Positions 1 through 13,804 of a stretch of DNA of 28,739 nucleotides are shown here, one piece after another (the first letter of the stretch is position 1; each line of letters opens with the position of its first letter). Position numbers and translations under genes: made by a program. The stretch spans positions 1 to 28,739 of the forward strand of contig NW_021833215.1 in the NCBI RefSeq assembly GCF_006345805.1, given 5' to 3'. Origin of the DNA: Octopus sinensis. Its lineage: Eukaryota. The notes beneath the pieces were generated by a model, which was not told the DNA's origin, did not search any database, and worked only from the letters and a program-made list of their open reading frames with translations.

Positions 1-216
1 TGAAAAATGGCTAAAAAACCCACGAAAGTTTTGAAAGTTTTTTTTGTAATTTCGCCCATACAGGGGCGGAATTCTACGTGAATAATTCTCAGGTTTTTTA
101 GTGAATGAATTTGCACAACGATTAAAACAAAATATTTGACAACAAGGAGTTTTAAACATGTAAAAGTGGCCAACTTACTTGGAGCCGATATGACTAGCGT
201 CCGTCCATTGTGAGAG

Positions 217-217
<1 letters not shown>

Positions 218-255
<38 letters not shown>

Positions 256-313
256 GAGATAGATAGATAGATAGATAGATAGATGGATAGATAGATAGAT
301 AGATAGATAGATG

Positions 314-399
<86 letters not shown>

Positions 400-402
400 G
401 AA

Positions 403-457
<55 letters not shown>
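218..457. repeat. (GATA)n microsatellite
   Basis: Near-perfect GATA tandem run read directly; source of the YLSI-repeat ORFs. Confidence 0.98.
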
Positions 458-687
458 TATATACATATATATATATATATATGTATGTATATATATGTAT
501 ATATATGTATATATATTTTTTTATGTATGAATGTGTGTGTGTGTGTGTACATTGGCGAGAATAGGTTCACACGTCTACGTTTATATAAACCGAAACGCAT
601 GCATGATTTTGTACAAGCACACATGTAGCTTCACATCCACAAGCACATACACACAAATATGTGTGCGTGTGTCTGTGTGTGTATACT

Positions 688-728
<41 letters not shown>

Positions 729-768
729 TATATATATATATATATTATATATATATATACATATATAT

Positions 769-813
<45 letters not shown>

Positions 814-904
814 CATATATATATACATATAATATACATATACATATATACACTTAGATAGATAGATTATATATACATATATCCCACATCTACGTAGTGT
901 ATTC

Positions 905-950
<46 letters not shown>

Positions 951-992
951 TGTGTGTGTGCGTGTGTGTGCATGTGTGTGCGCGTGTGTGTA
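455..992. repeat. Compound (AT)n/(TATG)n/(GT)n microsatellite region
   Basis: Alternating AT, TACA and GT runs with short unique spacers. Confidence 0.95.
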
Positions 993-1284
993 AGTGCTGC
1001 TATGTCAAGAGTAAATCCATGCTTTCTCTAATCACTATGATTGTATAAGCTGTCGTGGAAACATTAAGTTATTTCCTCTGTTCCTAGCCAGATCTTTGCT
1101 TGAATTTCTCTGTAATGAACTTTCAATGATGTATTTATCATTTAAATGTCGAGAGACGAGGAGATGCAAACGGAAAGCAGGAAGGCACGGGCTGGGAGTG
1201 GGGGTGCGGCGAAGTTGCGATTATTTAAAAATGGTAATGGAAAAATATGAGGGACGGGCCTAATGATAAGAATAACAGTTGTTT

Positions 1285-1612
1285 TTCGTTGTGTTGTTGT
1301 TGTTGTTGTTGTTACTGCTGTCCTTATTATTGTTGTTGTTGTTCTTGTTGTTGTTCTTGTTCTTGTTATCTCTGGTAAGATAGGAAGAAAAAATTTAAAG
1401 AAGTACGCCATACTTATTAGCAACATCGCAAACAACTGCAACAGTCAGAACACCAATTGCAATAATGTTGATGATGATAATGGGGAGGAGGGGAGGAGGA
1501 GGAGGAGGTGGTGGTGGTGGTGGTGGTGGTAGAGGAGGGGGGAGGGGAGGAGGGGGAAGGAGAGGAGGAGTGAAAGTGGTGGTGGTGGTGTTTGGTTGTG
1601 GCGGGAGTGGGG
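1285..1612. repeat. (GTT)n then (GGA)n/(GGT)n low-complexity tract
   Basis: Trinucleotide runs read directly; the G-rich part (about 1482-1612) has multiple G-runs. Confidence 0.9.
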
Positions 1613-3164
1613 GTTGGGAGCAATTTTAACGATGACAACAAAACAAGAGCAACAACAGACAACTATAGCAATATTAATAATGACGAATGATTGCAAACCT
1701 GCCCAGATATTGGCAAGTTTAAGGAGGTGCATTGCTTTTCTTGTCAAGAATATTAAAGATTTTGACGAATCCGTGAAAAGACTTTAAATTGAAAACATAC
1801 AAAACAAGCACGAAAAAAAAAGAAGAAGAAAAAGGACAACAACTTCAACAACCATAACAATATTAATAGGATAGAGGAATATAATTCTTAAAGTAGAAAA
1901 CGTTGATTAAGGAAGCAAAATTGGATGAGCTTCTTTTATTGTTCACTTTTCAAGAAGTTTTTCAGGCCATCAAACACTTGCGATAACCCTTCTTGCCAAC
2001 ACCACCAACTTCAGGAGAGAAAAATACAAAATCAATGATAAACGAAAATAAAGGACATACTGAGTGGTTTGGCGGTTAAAATCGCAGACTGTTCTTGACA
2101 GCATAAAGATATGTCTGAGACAAAAGCGATGTTTTTCTCTTGATTTATTCCAAACAAAAACGAGAGGGGACCTTGTCATTTTAGTTGGGAACGAAACAAA
2201 AATACTATTGGCATGTTCTCTCTCAAATGGGTGCCCCTGTTGTGCGAAAAGGTAGAGGTTACACTTCTCACGAAGTCAATATATCAGAGTCATCATGGCA
2301 GCCAAGATATGATTTGATTTAATAGCCTCGTTTTGGCGACCTCTAGCCACTTCTCGCGTCGATAGGAAAAAAGGAAACCGTCTGCTGGTGACGTTGTCAC
2401 AAGAAACAATGATGCTGATCACAGATTGTGCTTGTTTGATTAATATGCATAACATCAACAGAAATCTCCGCCCTTAATCAGAAGAATGGACATAATTGGT
2501 AAATTAAAATTATCACATAAAACTAATATTTTTTTGCTTTACTTCAACTAATTTTTTTAAGGTTTCAAACTGCCACATAAATTTTCTCTTATTTTATTAA
2601 TTTTTTTTAATTTTTAAAGTCGTTGAGTACGATGAAATTTCTGCCTAATTTAATGCAAATGAGAAAAGAAATAGGAGTGTAATCTTTCGTATATTTATAT
2701 ATTCAGTTATGTCTCTAAACAGCTGGATGAATATGAATAATTTAAAAATAATAGTTGGACACACTATATTATAAAGTGCTGGTAAAGAAAAATATGAGCA
2801 AGCAAGAATGTTTTCATACACAATTGCTGCCATTAACATTTCCTTCATTTTAAAAGAAAATTCTTCAAATTCAATATTAAAATTTTAGACAACATCCGTA
2901 TATAAACTATTTATATATATTTAATCAGCAGAATATTTTTCTTGCTATTCACAATGTCTTCGAATAGGAGTGTACTATATTATTAATTCAGTAACCCAGT
3001 CGAAGAATTCATAGATCGTTTCCAGTCAACGGTGGTTTGTTTTATCGATGTAAAAACATAACTTTAGCTGTTCTGTCCACTTAAAGAGGAGATAGTGATC
3101 ATCATCATAAGTAGTGCTATGTCTATGCTGAAAGGATGCTTCATTAACTGAGATATAAACTTAG

Positions 3165-3264
3165 AGATGACCTTGAAATCTTAGCTCATCAAATTGATGC
3201 CAATACTTATTTCAAACCTGCGCCTATTCTGTCCATCCCTTTCGGCCGAACGGCTAAGATACAG
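3165..3264 (+). CDS. Candidate internal exon, unidentified protein (DDLEILAHQIDANTYFKPAPILSIPFGRTAKIQ)
   Basis: Non-repetitive open frame ending at strong donor CAG|gtaaga; acceptor cttag| is weak; no recognised homology. Confidence 0.2.
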
Positions 3265-3295
3265 GTAAGAAAGGAACACGCGCTCACATTCGCAC

Positions 3296-3298
<3 letters not shown>

Positions 3299-3362
<64 letters not shown>
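3299..3362. repeat. (CA)n microsatellite
   Basis: Perfect CA run. Confidence 0.97.
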
Positions 3363-3363
<1 letters not shown>

Positions 3364-3382
3364 CATATATATATATAGTGTT

Positions 3383-3672
3383 TCACCGCTTGAAAACTGG
3401 TGTTTATTTGTTTACGTCCCAGTAACATAGAGGTTAATCGAAAGAAAGAGTTGTTTCAGAGTTAAAATAAATACATCCACATTACCAAATTCACGTATAA
3501 AGCATTGGTTGACCCGGGGCTACAGTAGAAAACAGTCATACAAGGTTTCATTCAATGGAACTGAACTCAAAATCATGTAGTTACGAAACAGATATCTTAA
3601 CCACACAGCTATGACTGAGCATGTATTTTTTTTTATCTAGTTTCAGCTCACGAACTGTGGCCATGCTGGGGC
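3383..3672. mobile_element. Decayed SINE-C fragments (+ strand about 3383-3452; - strand about 3472-3615 and 3628-3672)
   Basis: Diverged matches to the cleaner SINE-C copies at 8837, 20273 and 25408. Confidence 0.65.
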
Positions 3673-3744
3673 AAAATTTCCAAAATAGAAATTTATAATT
3701 GCTTTATTTTCGTAACAATTTCTCAACTGTTCTTCTACTCAACT

Positions 3745-4008
3745 CAGGGGTTCTCAAAAATATTTTGCCTATGGGCCCCAACCCCATCCATGATTCCATT
3801 TTTATTCTACCGAACCCTAATAAACGTTCTATGTTTAAAAATGTCTCATTATATTTTTATAATTAAATGCTATTAGGAACTACATTAAAAAAAACTTAAA
3901 ATATCGTATATACTGTAGAATTATAACCAATTTATTGCACACAAATTTTATCAGTACGCTCTTATAAGGACCACTAAGGGATATGTGGACCCCAATTGAA
4001 AACCACTG
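3745..4008. mobile_element. hAT-type MITE relic
   Basis: 13-bp imperfect TIRs CAGGGGTTCTCAA (3745-3757) and TTGAAAACCACTG (3996-4008), 11/13 complementary; 8-bp TSD not conserved. Confidence 0.55.
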
Positions 4009-4440
4009 GACCAGACAATTTAAAGAATAGCAGCAAGAAAGCAAAGAATAGAAGATAGTATATAAACCTCTGACTTCTTGATTGTCTATCTATGTTCCTG
4101 CATATACACGTAGCCAATCAAATTATTCCTTGATTTTTAATGGTATTCTCCAAAGTTTATTAATGAGACATCTGTATCAAGTTTTATTTTATAACTATCC
4201 TATTGGTAGTTCTATTTTCGTGCAAGCAAAGTTGTCGGGCATTTTTCTTCGCTTGAAGATGTCACTTCAGTCGTACAATCCGGGTATTATATGATGTCAA
4301 TAAAGATTTAAAGATTTAAGAACATGGTTGCTCTACTGGCAAGGAAGGTGCAATGAAGACATAATCGGACTATACCGGTGCACGGCTCCGTTCATGATGA
4401 AATCTCCGTTAACATTGGACATTTCCCGTTTTGTTTCAAG

Positions 4441-4519
4441 CCGATTGTCGTTAAGTACATTAGAGAGGAGCTCAGAGGTCTACATGTAGCCTCCAGCTAT
4501 CCAAAGCGGCAAAATATAG
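4441..4519 (+). CDS. Candidate internal exon, unidentified (PIVVKYIREELRGLHVASSYPKRQNI)
   Basis: Pyrimidine tract plus aag| acceptor, G|gtaaac donor, phase-compatible with 3165-3264; no recognised homology. Confidence 0.2.
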
Positions 4520-4671
4520 GTAAACACATATACCTTTGACTGTATTCTTCTGAAGATTGATCTTTGTGTCTGGAATATGAATTTTAAACAAAATCTTTCT
4601 CCATCGTTAGAATCATTCCTCGTTTATTCTACTTTTATACTACAATACTTCAGACGAACTACGATGCTTTT

Positions 4672-4720
4672 CATATACATACATATATATATATACATAC
4701 ATATATATATACATACATAT

Positions 4721-4768
<48 letters not shown>

Positions 4769-4809
4769 TACATATATATATATATACATACATACATACA
4801 TATATATAT

Positions 4810-4840
<31 letters not shown>

Positions 4841-4849
4841 CATACATAC

Positions 4850-4940
<91 letters not shown>

Positions 4941-5420
4941 ATATAATGCTATTACCTTGAGAGAACTTCTCAAGTGAATAGCGTTGTATTCTGTGTTAGG
5001 GATAAAGATTGCCTTTTGGTATCATACTGCCCTTGCAGTATTATATATATATATATATATAATATAATATTATATCATATATTATATATATGTATGTATA
5101 TATATATGTGTGTATGTATGTATGTATGTATGTATGTATGTATGTATGTATATATATATATTATATTATATATTATATATATGTATGTATATATATATGT
5201 GTATGTACATATATACATATGTATGTATGTATATATATATATATATATTATATGCATATGAATATACGTGCGTGTGCATGCATGCATACACACACACATA
5301 CTCATGTTTGTACGTATGTATACATGTTTGCATGCATGTATTTACACATGCATTCATGTGTGCATAAGTGTGAGCATGTGCACACCCATGCAAGTGAATG
5401 CAGTACGAGCAAACATCGTC
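4672..5420. repeat. Compound (TA)n/(TACA)n/(TATG)n microsatellites
   Basis: Read directly; about 100 bp unique spacer at 4945-5040. Confidence 0.95.
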
Positions 5421-5869
5421 AACACCTGTCACGAAAATGGTTTCCTCTCTTCTTCTCCCTCTCACCTGCCTCCTCATTCTTGCTCTTCCTCCCCCCCCCC
5501 TTTCACTGTTTCGTTTTGTTTTGTTTTTTTACTTCTTTTACGCCATCTTAGCTGTCATTTTCTTAACTTATTTTTATAGTTATTCATAAACATCTAAGAA
5601 GATTTATTACATTCTCCCTTCTTCCCATTATCCACTTCTCTAACAATCCTCCTCTATTCTCCCTCCCTTGCTTTCTCTCGCTCCATCTCTCTTTATTTCG
5701 TGCTCTCCCACTCTCTCTCTCCCCCCACCTCCACTCTTTTCTTCCTCTTCTTTCTCTGCAAGCCGGTATAAATTCCGTTACAACAGACTTTAATAACCTA
5801 ATTGATTCATCCAATTAATCCAATTAATTAATTATTGTAACTTATACATGTCTTTATCCCTTTCTTCAT

Positions 5870-6390
5870 ATATTTATGTGTATGTGTATGTGTGTGTGTA
5901 TGTGTGTGTATGTATGAGTGCATGTACGTGTGCGCGTGCGAGCGCGTGTATGAATCAGCTTCCATACATGTTCAGACACACGCACACTTACAGACACAAA
6001 CACACACAAACACACACACACAAACACAACCGTACAAGCACACAGACACACACACACTCGTATGCACTTATACACACACGCAAACACACACGCAGACTTA
6101 TAACCAACACCCACCACATTGGTGACAGCAAGATGATGATGAGGATGATGAGAGGGGGAGTGGGAGGAAGATAACAAGAATGAGGATGAAGCTGGTGGTG
6201 GTGGCGGTGGTGGTGGTGGCGGTGGCGGTGGTTGTGGCGGTGGTGGTGGCGGTGGTGGTGGCGGTGGCGGCGATGGTGGCGGTGGTTGTGGTGGTGGTGT
6301 TGGTGGTGGTGGTGGTGGTGTGGTGCTGGTGCTGGTGGAGGTGGTGCTGGTGTGCTGGTGCTGGTGCTGGTGATGGTGGTGATGGTAGTT
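5870..6390. repeat. (GT)/(CA) degenerate runs, then (GGT/GGC/GCT)n tract
   Basis: Read directly. Confidence 0.9.
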
Positions 6391-6397
6391 GTTTCTG

Positions 6398-6994
6398 ACG
6401 GCGAGCTGGCAGAAGCGTTAGCACGCCGGGCGGAATGCGTAGCCGTATTTCATCTGCCGTTACGTTCTGAGTTCAAATTCCGCCGAGGTCGACTTTGCCT
6501 TTCATCCTTTCCGGGGTCGATAAATTAAGTACCAGTTACGCACTGGGGTCGATGTAATCGACTTATTACCTATGTCTGTCCTTGTTTGTCCCCTCTGTGT
6601 TTAGCCCCTTATGGGTAATAAAGAAATAGGTATTTCTTCTGCGTTACGTTGTGAGTTCAAATTCCGCCAAGGTCGACTTTGCCTTTCATCCTTCCGGGGT
6701 CGATAAATTAAGTACCAGTTACGCACTGGGGTCGATGTAATCGACTTATTACCTATGTCTGTCCTTGTTTGTCCCCTCTGTGTTTAGCCCCTTGTGGGTA
6801 ATAAAGAAATAGGTATTTCTTCTGCGTTACGTTGTGAGTTCAAATTCCGCCAAGGTCGACTTTGCCTTTCATCCTTCCGGGGTCGATAAATTAAGTACCA
6901 GTTACGCACTGGGGTCGATGTAATCGACTTATTACCTATGTCTGTCCTTGTTTGTCCCCTCTGTGTTTAGCCCCTTGTGGGTAATAAAGAAATA
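6398..6994 (+). mobile_element. SINE-A (tRNA-derived): one head plus three tandem 3' units
   Basis: Head GGCGAGCTGGCAGAA, B-box-like GAGTTCAAATTCC; further units start at 6630 and 6813 (183-bp period); 14-bp TSD GGTAGTTGTTTCTG at 6384-6397 and 6995-7008. Confidence 0.92.
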
Positions 6995-7173
6995 GGTAGT
7001 TGTTTCTGGAAATGATGAAGGTGGTGGTGATGACGATGATGATGACGACAACGACGACGATGAAGATGTGTTAGCTGAAAGCTAGACAAAACAGTAGGAC
7101 CTGCTGATCTGTTTTATTATAACGAAATATATAGTTTATTATTTCAGAGACGCGACACAAACAGGAAAGACTA

Positions 7174-8813
<1,640 letters not shown>

Positions 8814-8836
8814 TTTATTAATAAATTGAATCTGAA

Positions 8837-9440
8837 GTGCAGGCGTGGCTATGTGGTAAGAAGCTTGCTGACCAGCCACATGGTTTCGGGTTCAGTCCCA
8901 CTGCGTGGCACCTTGGGCAGTGGCACTTTGGGCAAGTGTCTTCTGCTATTGACCGAAGCCTTGTGAGTGTTTTTGGTAGACGGAAACTGAAAGATGCTCG
9001 TCGTGTGTGTGTGTGTGTGTGCGTGTGTGTGTGTGTTTGTGTGTGTGTGTCTGTGTCTGTGTGTCTGTGTGTGTGTGTTTGTATGTGTGTGTTTGTTTGT
9101 GTGTCTGTGTGTGTGTCTGTCTGTCTGTGTCTGTGTCTGTGTGTCTGTGTCTGTGTGTTTGTGTGTGTGTATGTGTGTGTGTCTGTCTGTCTGTGTCTGT
9201 GTGTGTGTCTGTGTGTGTCTGTGTCTGTGTGTTTGTGTGTGTGTGTTTGTGTGTCTGTGTCTGCGTGTCTGTCTGTGTGTATGCGTGTATCTGTGTTTCT
9301 GTTTTTATCCACCTCTTGTTAACCGGTGTTGGTGTGTTTAAGTTACCGCAACTTAGCGGTTCGGCGAAAGACACCGACAGAATACGTCCAAGGCTTTAAA
9401 AAACAGCACAGGGTCGATTCGTTCGACTGAATTCTTCAAG
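8837..9440 (+). mobile_element. SINE-C with expanded internal (GT/GTCT)n microsatellite
   Basis: Head GCAGGCGTGGCTATGTGG...GGTTCAGTCCCACTGCG; microsatellite about 9001-9295; followed by a short SINE-A head fragment (9455-9476). Confidence 0.88.
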
Positions 9441-9494
9441 TTGCTGTTGTTCTTAAGGCGGTAAGCTGGCAGAATCAGCTTGACAAAACGTTTA

Positions 9495-9800
9495 TTACAT
9501 TGTATTTGCTTGAATAGGAAAGTCCCACAAAATCTTACATTTCTCTTTCGACTCAGTGATTGTACCACGTGCTTCCAGCTTCGAATCCCCATTTCTAGCA
9601 CAGTTACCTGTACATAACTTCTACAACCTGGTCATTATACTCTTCTTGGCCCAACTAGGACCATTCTGCCACAATGTGCGATAGAATCTCGTTCCAAGTT
9701 CCACAGGCTCTACTTTTTCCCATATATATTTTTTCTCAATTTGTTTTCTTTTATCGTTTGCTCTTGGGCTGCTACAATCAGGCTCTCTGTTTCTTTTTCT
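9495..9800 (-). mobile_element. Decayed R4/Dong-clade (RLE) non-LTR retrotransposon, C-terminal fragment
   Basis: Manual minus-strand translation with stops and frameshifts: KETESLIVAAQEQTI...RACG..NEILSHIVAE...CKILWDFPIQ, matching the R4/Dong motif series ETESLIxAAQEQ / CRxC...ETxxHIV / KILWDFxIQ. Confidence 0.8.
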
Positions 9801-9834
9801 AATTGCCCTTTTTATGGGTGGACTGCAAATATCC

Positions 9835-10150
9835 TTGTCGAGTATATAAATATTTGCATCAAAGGGAAAAGGGAAGAAGGATCGCAGAAATGTGTGTAAT
9901 GGGTCGTTCGTCGTTATGCCGAGTTTATTGTCCTTTACCAGTCGTCTTCATGCGGGTGAATAGTTTTTGACTACTAGCGTTATGGTGTAAATTATCATAG
10001 GCGGTGTAGATGAAGGCTCATTTCTTATACGCCGGATTTGGAGGGGTGAGAATGGTGGCTGCTGTTGATCAGGAATATTAGGTAAGAAGATATTATTTAT
10101 CATTGTTACAAAGTCTGAAGAGAAAAAGTTTTGGCGGCCCCGCCAACCCT
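9835..10150. other. Unclassified GC-richer block ending in hairpin TTGGCG-GCCC-CGCCAA
   Basis: 6-bp stem at 10131-10146, reminiscent of rolling-circle element termini; family not identified. Confidence 0.3.
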
Positions 10151-10431
10151 TTTTTCTGCAAAATAGAGGTAGCTTATCCTGTTCAGGCTATATTATTAGC
10201 ATTATCCTGCGTTTGAGAATTTAAAATCACTTCTTTAACTTACAATCTATAAAGTAAAAAAAGTATGTCAGGCTTATAATCAAATTTGAAAACTTTCAGA
10301 GTTTCAGGAAAGTTACACGTGTACATACTCTACACATATAAATCCATCCATTTTTAGATAACACATGCTCTCACATAATAGATACCTTATGTTATAATAT
10401 CTATTATGTGTCACCGACAACTCACAGAACT

Positions 10432-10811
10432 GTGGAAGCACTCCGTCGGTTACGACGACGAGGGTTCCGGTTGATCCGAATCAACGGAACAGCCTTCTCG
10501 TGAAATTAACGTGTAAGTGGCTGAGCACTCCACAGACACGTGTACACTTAACGTAGTTCTCGGGATATTCAGCGTGACACAGAGAGTGACAAGGCCGGCC
10601 CCTTGAAATACAGGTACAACAGAAACAGGAAGTAAGAGAAAGTTGTGGTGAAAGAGTACAGCAGGGATCACCACCATCCCCTGCCGGAGCCTCGTGGAGC
10701 TTTAGGTGTTTTCGCTCAATAAACACTCACAACGCCCGGTCTGGGAATCGAAACCGCGATCCTACAACCGCGAGTCCGCTGCCCTAACCACTGGGCCATT
10801 GCGCCTCCACC
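10432..10811 (-). mobile_element. SINE-B (tRNA-derived), full length
   Basis: Minus-strand head GGAGGCGCAATGGCCCAGTGG and B-box GGTTTCGATTCC; 3' stem-loop at 10464-10490; 12-bp TSD ACTCACAGAACT at 10420-10431 and 10812-10823. Confidence 0.93.
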
Positions 10812-10989
10812 ACTCACAGAACTAATATTCTACACAATAATGTTACACCACCCACATAGAATATACTGCATACCATTACCGCACGACGCTAAAACATATA
10901 ACATCACCTCCACAACTAATAAGCAACACAAGACTAACACAAGAGACAACAAAATTACCCCACCAAAAAAAAAATTGATGTAGCATACA

Positions 10990-12600
10990 CGTTTCTGAAC
11001 ACCTCCACATCACATAAAAGCACCTGGTATGCCTTGCGTGAAACAGAACAGAGAGAAGGCATTTAACATGAGAGAATGCTAAATGTCAATGGCCGACAAC
11101 TTCAAAACATCAAAAAGTATCAATTTAACATCGATCAAATGACAACAAATTTAATTGATTAAAATATGACGAAAATGTTGATTGATAATTTTACACGTAA
11201 TACACTAACTTACAAGTAAAACCTAATTGCTTCTTGTCTCATGTAATTAATATATTGCGCTTGTTCATACTGGTTGGCGACTGGCCAGCACATGTGAAGA
11301 CACGAATGGAACACAAGTCAAATTACCGTCAAGCATGTTCCATACCCCAACCTACAAAACAGTGCAAATGAAAAGCGCATCATTCGGGCGAAGGTTAAAA
11401 GAAGTATGCGTACTTTGAATTTTATGCATAAATTTACGAATATAGAGCATACCAAAACCTGCATTACCAGAAAGAAATATGCCGGTATCCGATTAAAATG
11501 CTGACAATCTAAAGGTTATAATTTTTTCTATTTTATTGGATACGAGGGAAATGCATACCAAATCCATATTTCTCAGCTATTTAATACCACTATAATAATG
11601 AAATTTTTAACAAAATATACATATGTAATATTTGGAAAGAAAATAACTCAGATGTAAGATAACTTTGTATCCAACTGAGAAGCTAGTTTAAGAGCAGCGA
11701 CTCCAGCAAAATATTAAGAATATCCGATGTAGAAATATTATACTTAAAAGAAAGAATGCAAAACGGATACACAAGCAATGAACAAAAAATAAACAACATT
11801 AAAAAATAAACAATGAAGAAAAATCATTAAAACTAAAAACATTGGGAATGTAAAGCTGGAAAATAGACAAAATAAATAAATAAAAAAAGACATAGAAAAC
11901 CAAAACCTAGCATAAATAACTACATAATACTGAGAAATAAAATCAGAAGTAGAACAACGCCAACGTAAATATGAATAAAGGAGACTATGAGAAAGATTTA
12001 AGCAGATAAAATTCTAGAGATGGAGGAAAAACTCATAGAAAGAATATGAAGAAAAGATTTCTCAGCTCTTAATGAAATTAGAAACGAAAAGGCACGAATG
12101 AAAAATACGGAGACACAAATGCAATGGAAATATAGCATAATAAAAAAGGAATAACTGAAACCAAACAACCCCTAAAGCAAGATTACATCGCTGAATCGTT
12201 GAAAATCGACAGCAATTCTTTGAACGAGAAACAAAAGGTTTGTCTCCAGTCTGAAAAGAATTAGGTTAAAATAAAATAAACATCAATGCAACATTAACTG
12301 AAGAATTTTTGGACAAAGTATGGACAGTGAAGGGATTTTTCTACATATAAGAATTCCAAACAACGATCACGGCACTCCACAGTCGTAATGGGAAGAGAGA
12401 TCATAACTATTTAAAAAGTATGGAAGGCATTAAGAAATTTAACAACGCACCAGCAAACGATAAAGTCCAAAAGTTCGCAAACAATGCTGGCGACAATATT
12501 TTTAAAACAACCAAACATCCGGAAACCAACACCTGAATAGCCAACAGGGGAGAAAAAATTATTATATCCTCAAGACTAACGGAACATCAAAGTAAAAAGT
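10990..12600 (+). mobile_element. Strongly A-biased, stop-riddled region; possibly an old LINE ORF relic
   Basis: Strand-asymmetric A-richness and long near-open frames; no diagnostic motif recognised. Confidence 0.3.
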
Positions 12601-12987
12601 TACGTGCTCATACCTGCCCACCTAAATCATAATTGCCTTATCTTCATTAGCATCACAGGAGATAAATTAATACGTACGTAGTAAAAATCTAATTTCCTGA
12701 GAAACTGTGGGTATACTACAAAGCTTCATACAGTTGGAAAGATAAGTTACTAATCAACAAAAATTTTTAAAGCTATTCTTGTTTTTGATATTTTAATACA
12801 CCCATCTTTCAGCTTCTAACGAGAGCCAAGTGAATGAGAGCGCCATAGAGCTAGTACATAAATACACACACACACACACTCATTACAAGTGTAAAAGAGA
12901 TACCGACTTATGCAGAGATTAACTACCAAAAGACATTTGATATTGTTCTTCACACGTGAATTTGGAAATAATAAACATTGAGAAACA

Positions 12988-13380
12988 TCTTTATATATAA
13001 AAGTGAGGTTGTGTGTCTGTCTCCTACGATTTAGATTCCTAACTACTCTCACATTTTGCGGTGCAGTTTAACCAAAACCGGGTATCTTATAGTCGTGATT
13101 CATATCGAGCCCTTCTGGGTATTAGCGCGCGTCTACGATGAGTCTACGATTTAAAAAATAATTTACCATCAATCTTTCCCATTTTTAATGCATCTTTGGC
13201 ATATATAAGGGAAGTAACTCTCTAAAAATTTATTATTAAATCTCAGAACGTAAAAAGCTACAGTAACACCCCCCCTTTGTGGTTAGCCATATTGAGATGG
13301 CTATTATACTTTACATCTCAAAAAATGCTTATATAGTTATTTCCCTTACAAACCCGAGCAACGCCGGGCGATACTGCTAG
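12988..13380 (+). mobile_element. Non-autonomous Helitron, intact (393 bp)
   Basis: A|TC 5' end, hairpin CCCGAGCAACGCCGGG (13353-13368), CTAG|T 3' end, no TSD: canonical Helitron termini. Confidence 0.9.
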
Positions 13381-13764
13381 TCATTAATAAGTAGGCATTA
13401 AATACGTTATGACTAAACGGCAAATAATTCTGCCGATTCTAACAAAAGTTGAAATCATATATACACAAATTGCATTTCTATTAGAAGAGAAATATTTCCA
13501 AGAAGACTATCTCTTCCTATCTCATGGCTTTATGTTAAAACCTTTAACCAACGTATTAAATTAGGACAATCAAAAAGTTTTGCATAAGGGCGATCGAAAG
13601 TTGTATACTGTACAGTATACTTTTTCAACTAATCTATTCGAATTAAAACAGTCTTGAAACATTTTTAATAATCTTAAATAATCACGAAGAAAATTTGAAT
13701 AATCGCAAAGTAAATTAATCCAAGTCATCAAATCATATTTACAATGCCTTCATTTTATAAGTAA

Positions 13765-13804
13765 CTAGCAGTATCGCCCGGTGTTGCTCGGGTTTGTAAG
13801 GGAA
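13765..13804 (-). mobile_element. Helitron 3' terminus (same family as 12988-13380)
   Basis: Reverse complement TTCCCTTACAAACCCGAGCAACACCGGGCGATACTGCTAG|T, one mismatch to 13341-13380. Confidence 0.9.

Noticed and set aside
1680-2480. Short ORFs in non-repetitive sequence
   Set aside because: No recognisable domains and no consistent splice architecture on either strand.
4355-4387. Ig-like motif EDIIGLYRCTA
   Set aside because: Short match in a different frame from the candidate exon, with no upstream Ig cysteine context.
6630-6812. Hammerhead ribozyme (retrozyme) in the SINE-A unit
   Set aside because: No CTGANGA...GAAA core found on either strand by eye; other ribozyme classes are not excluded.
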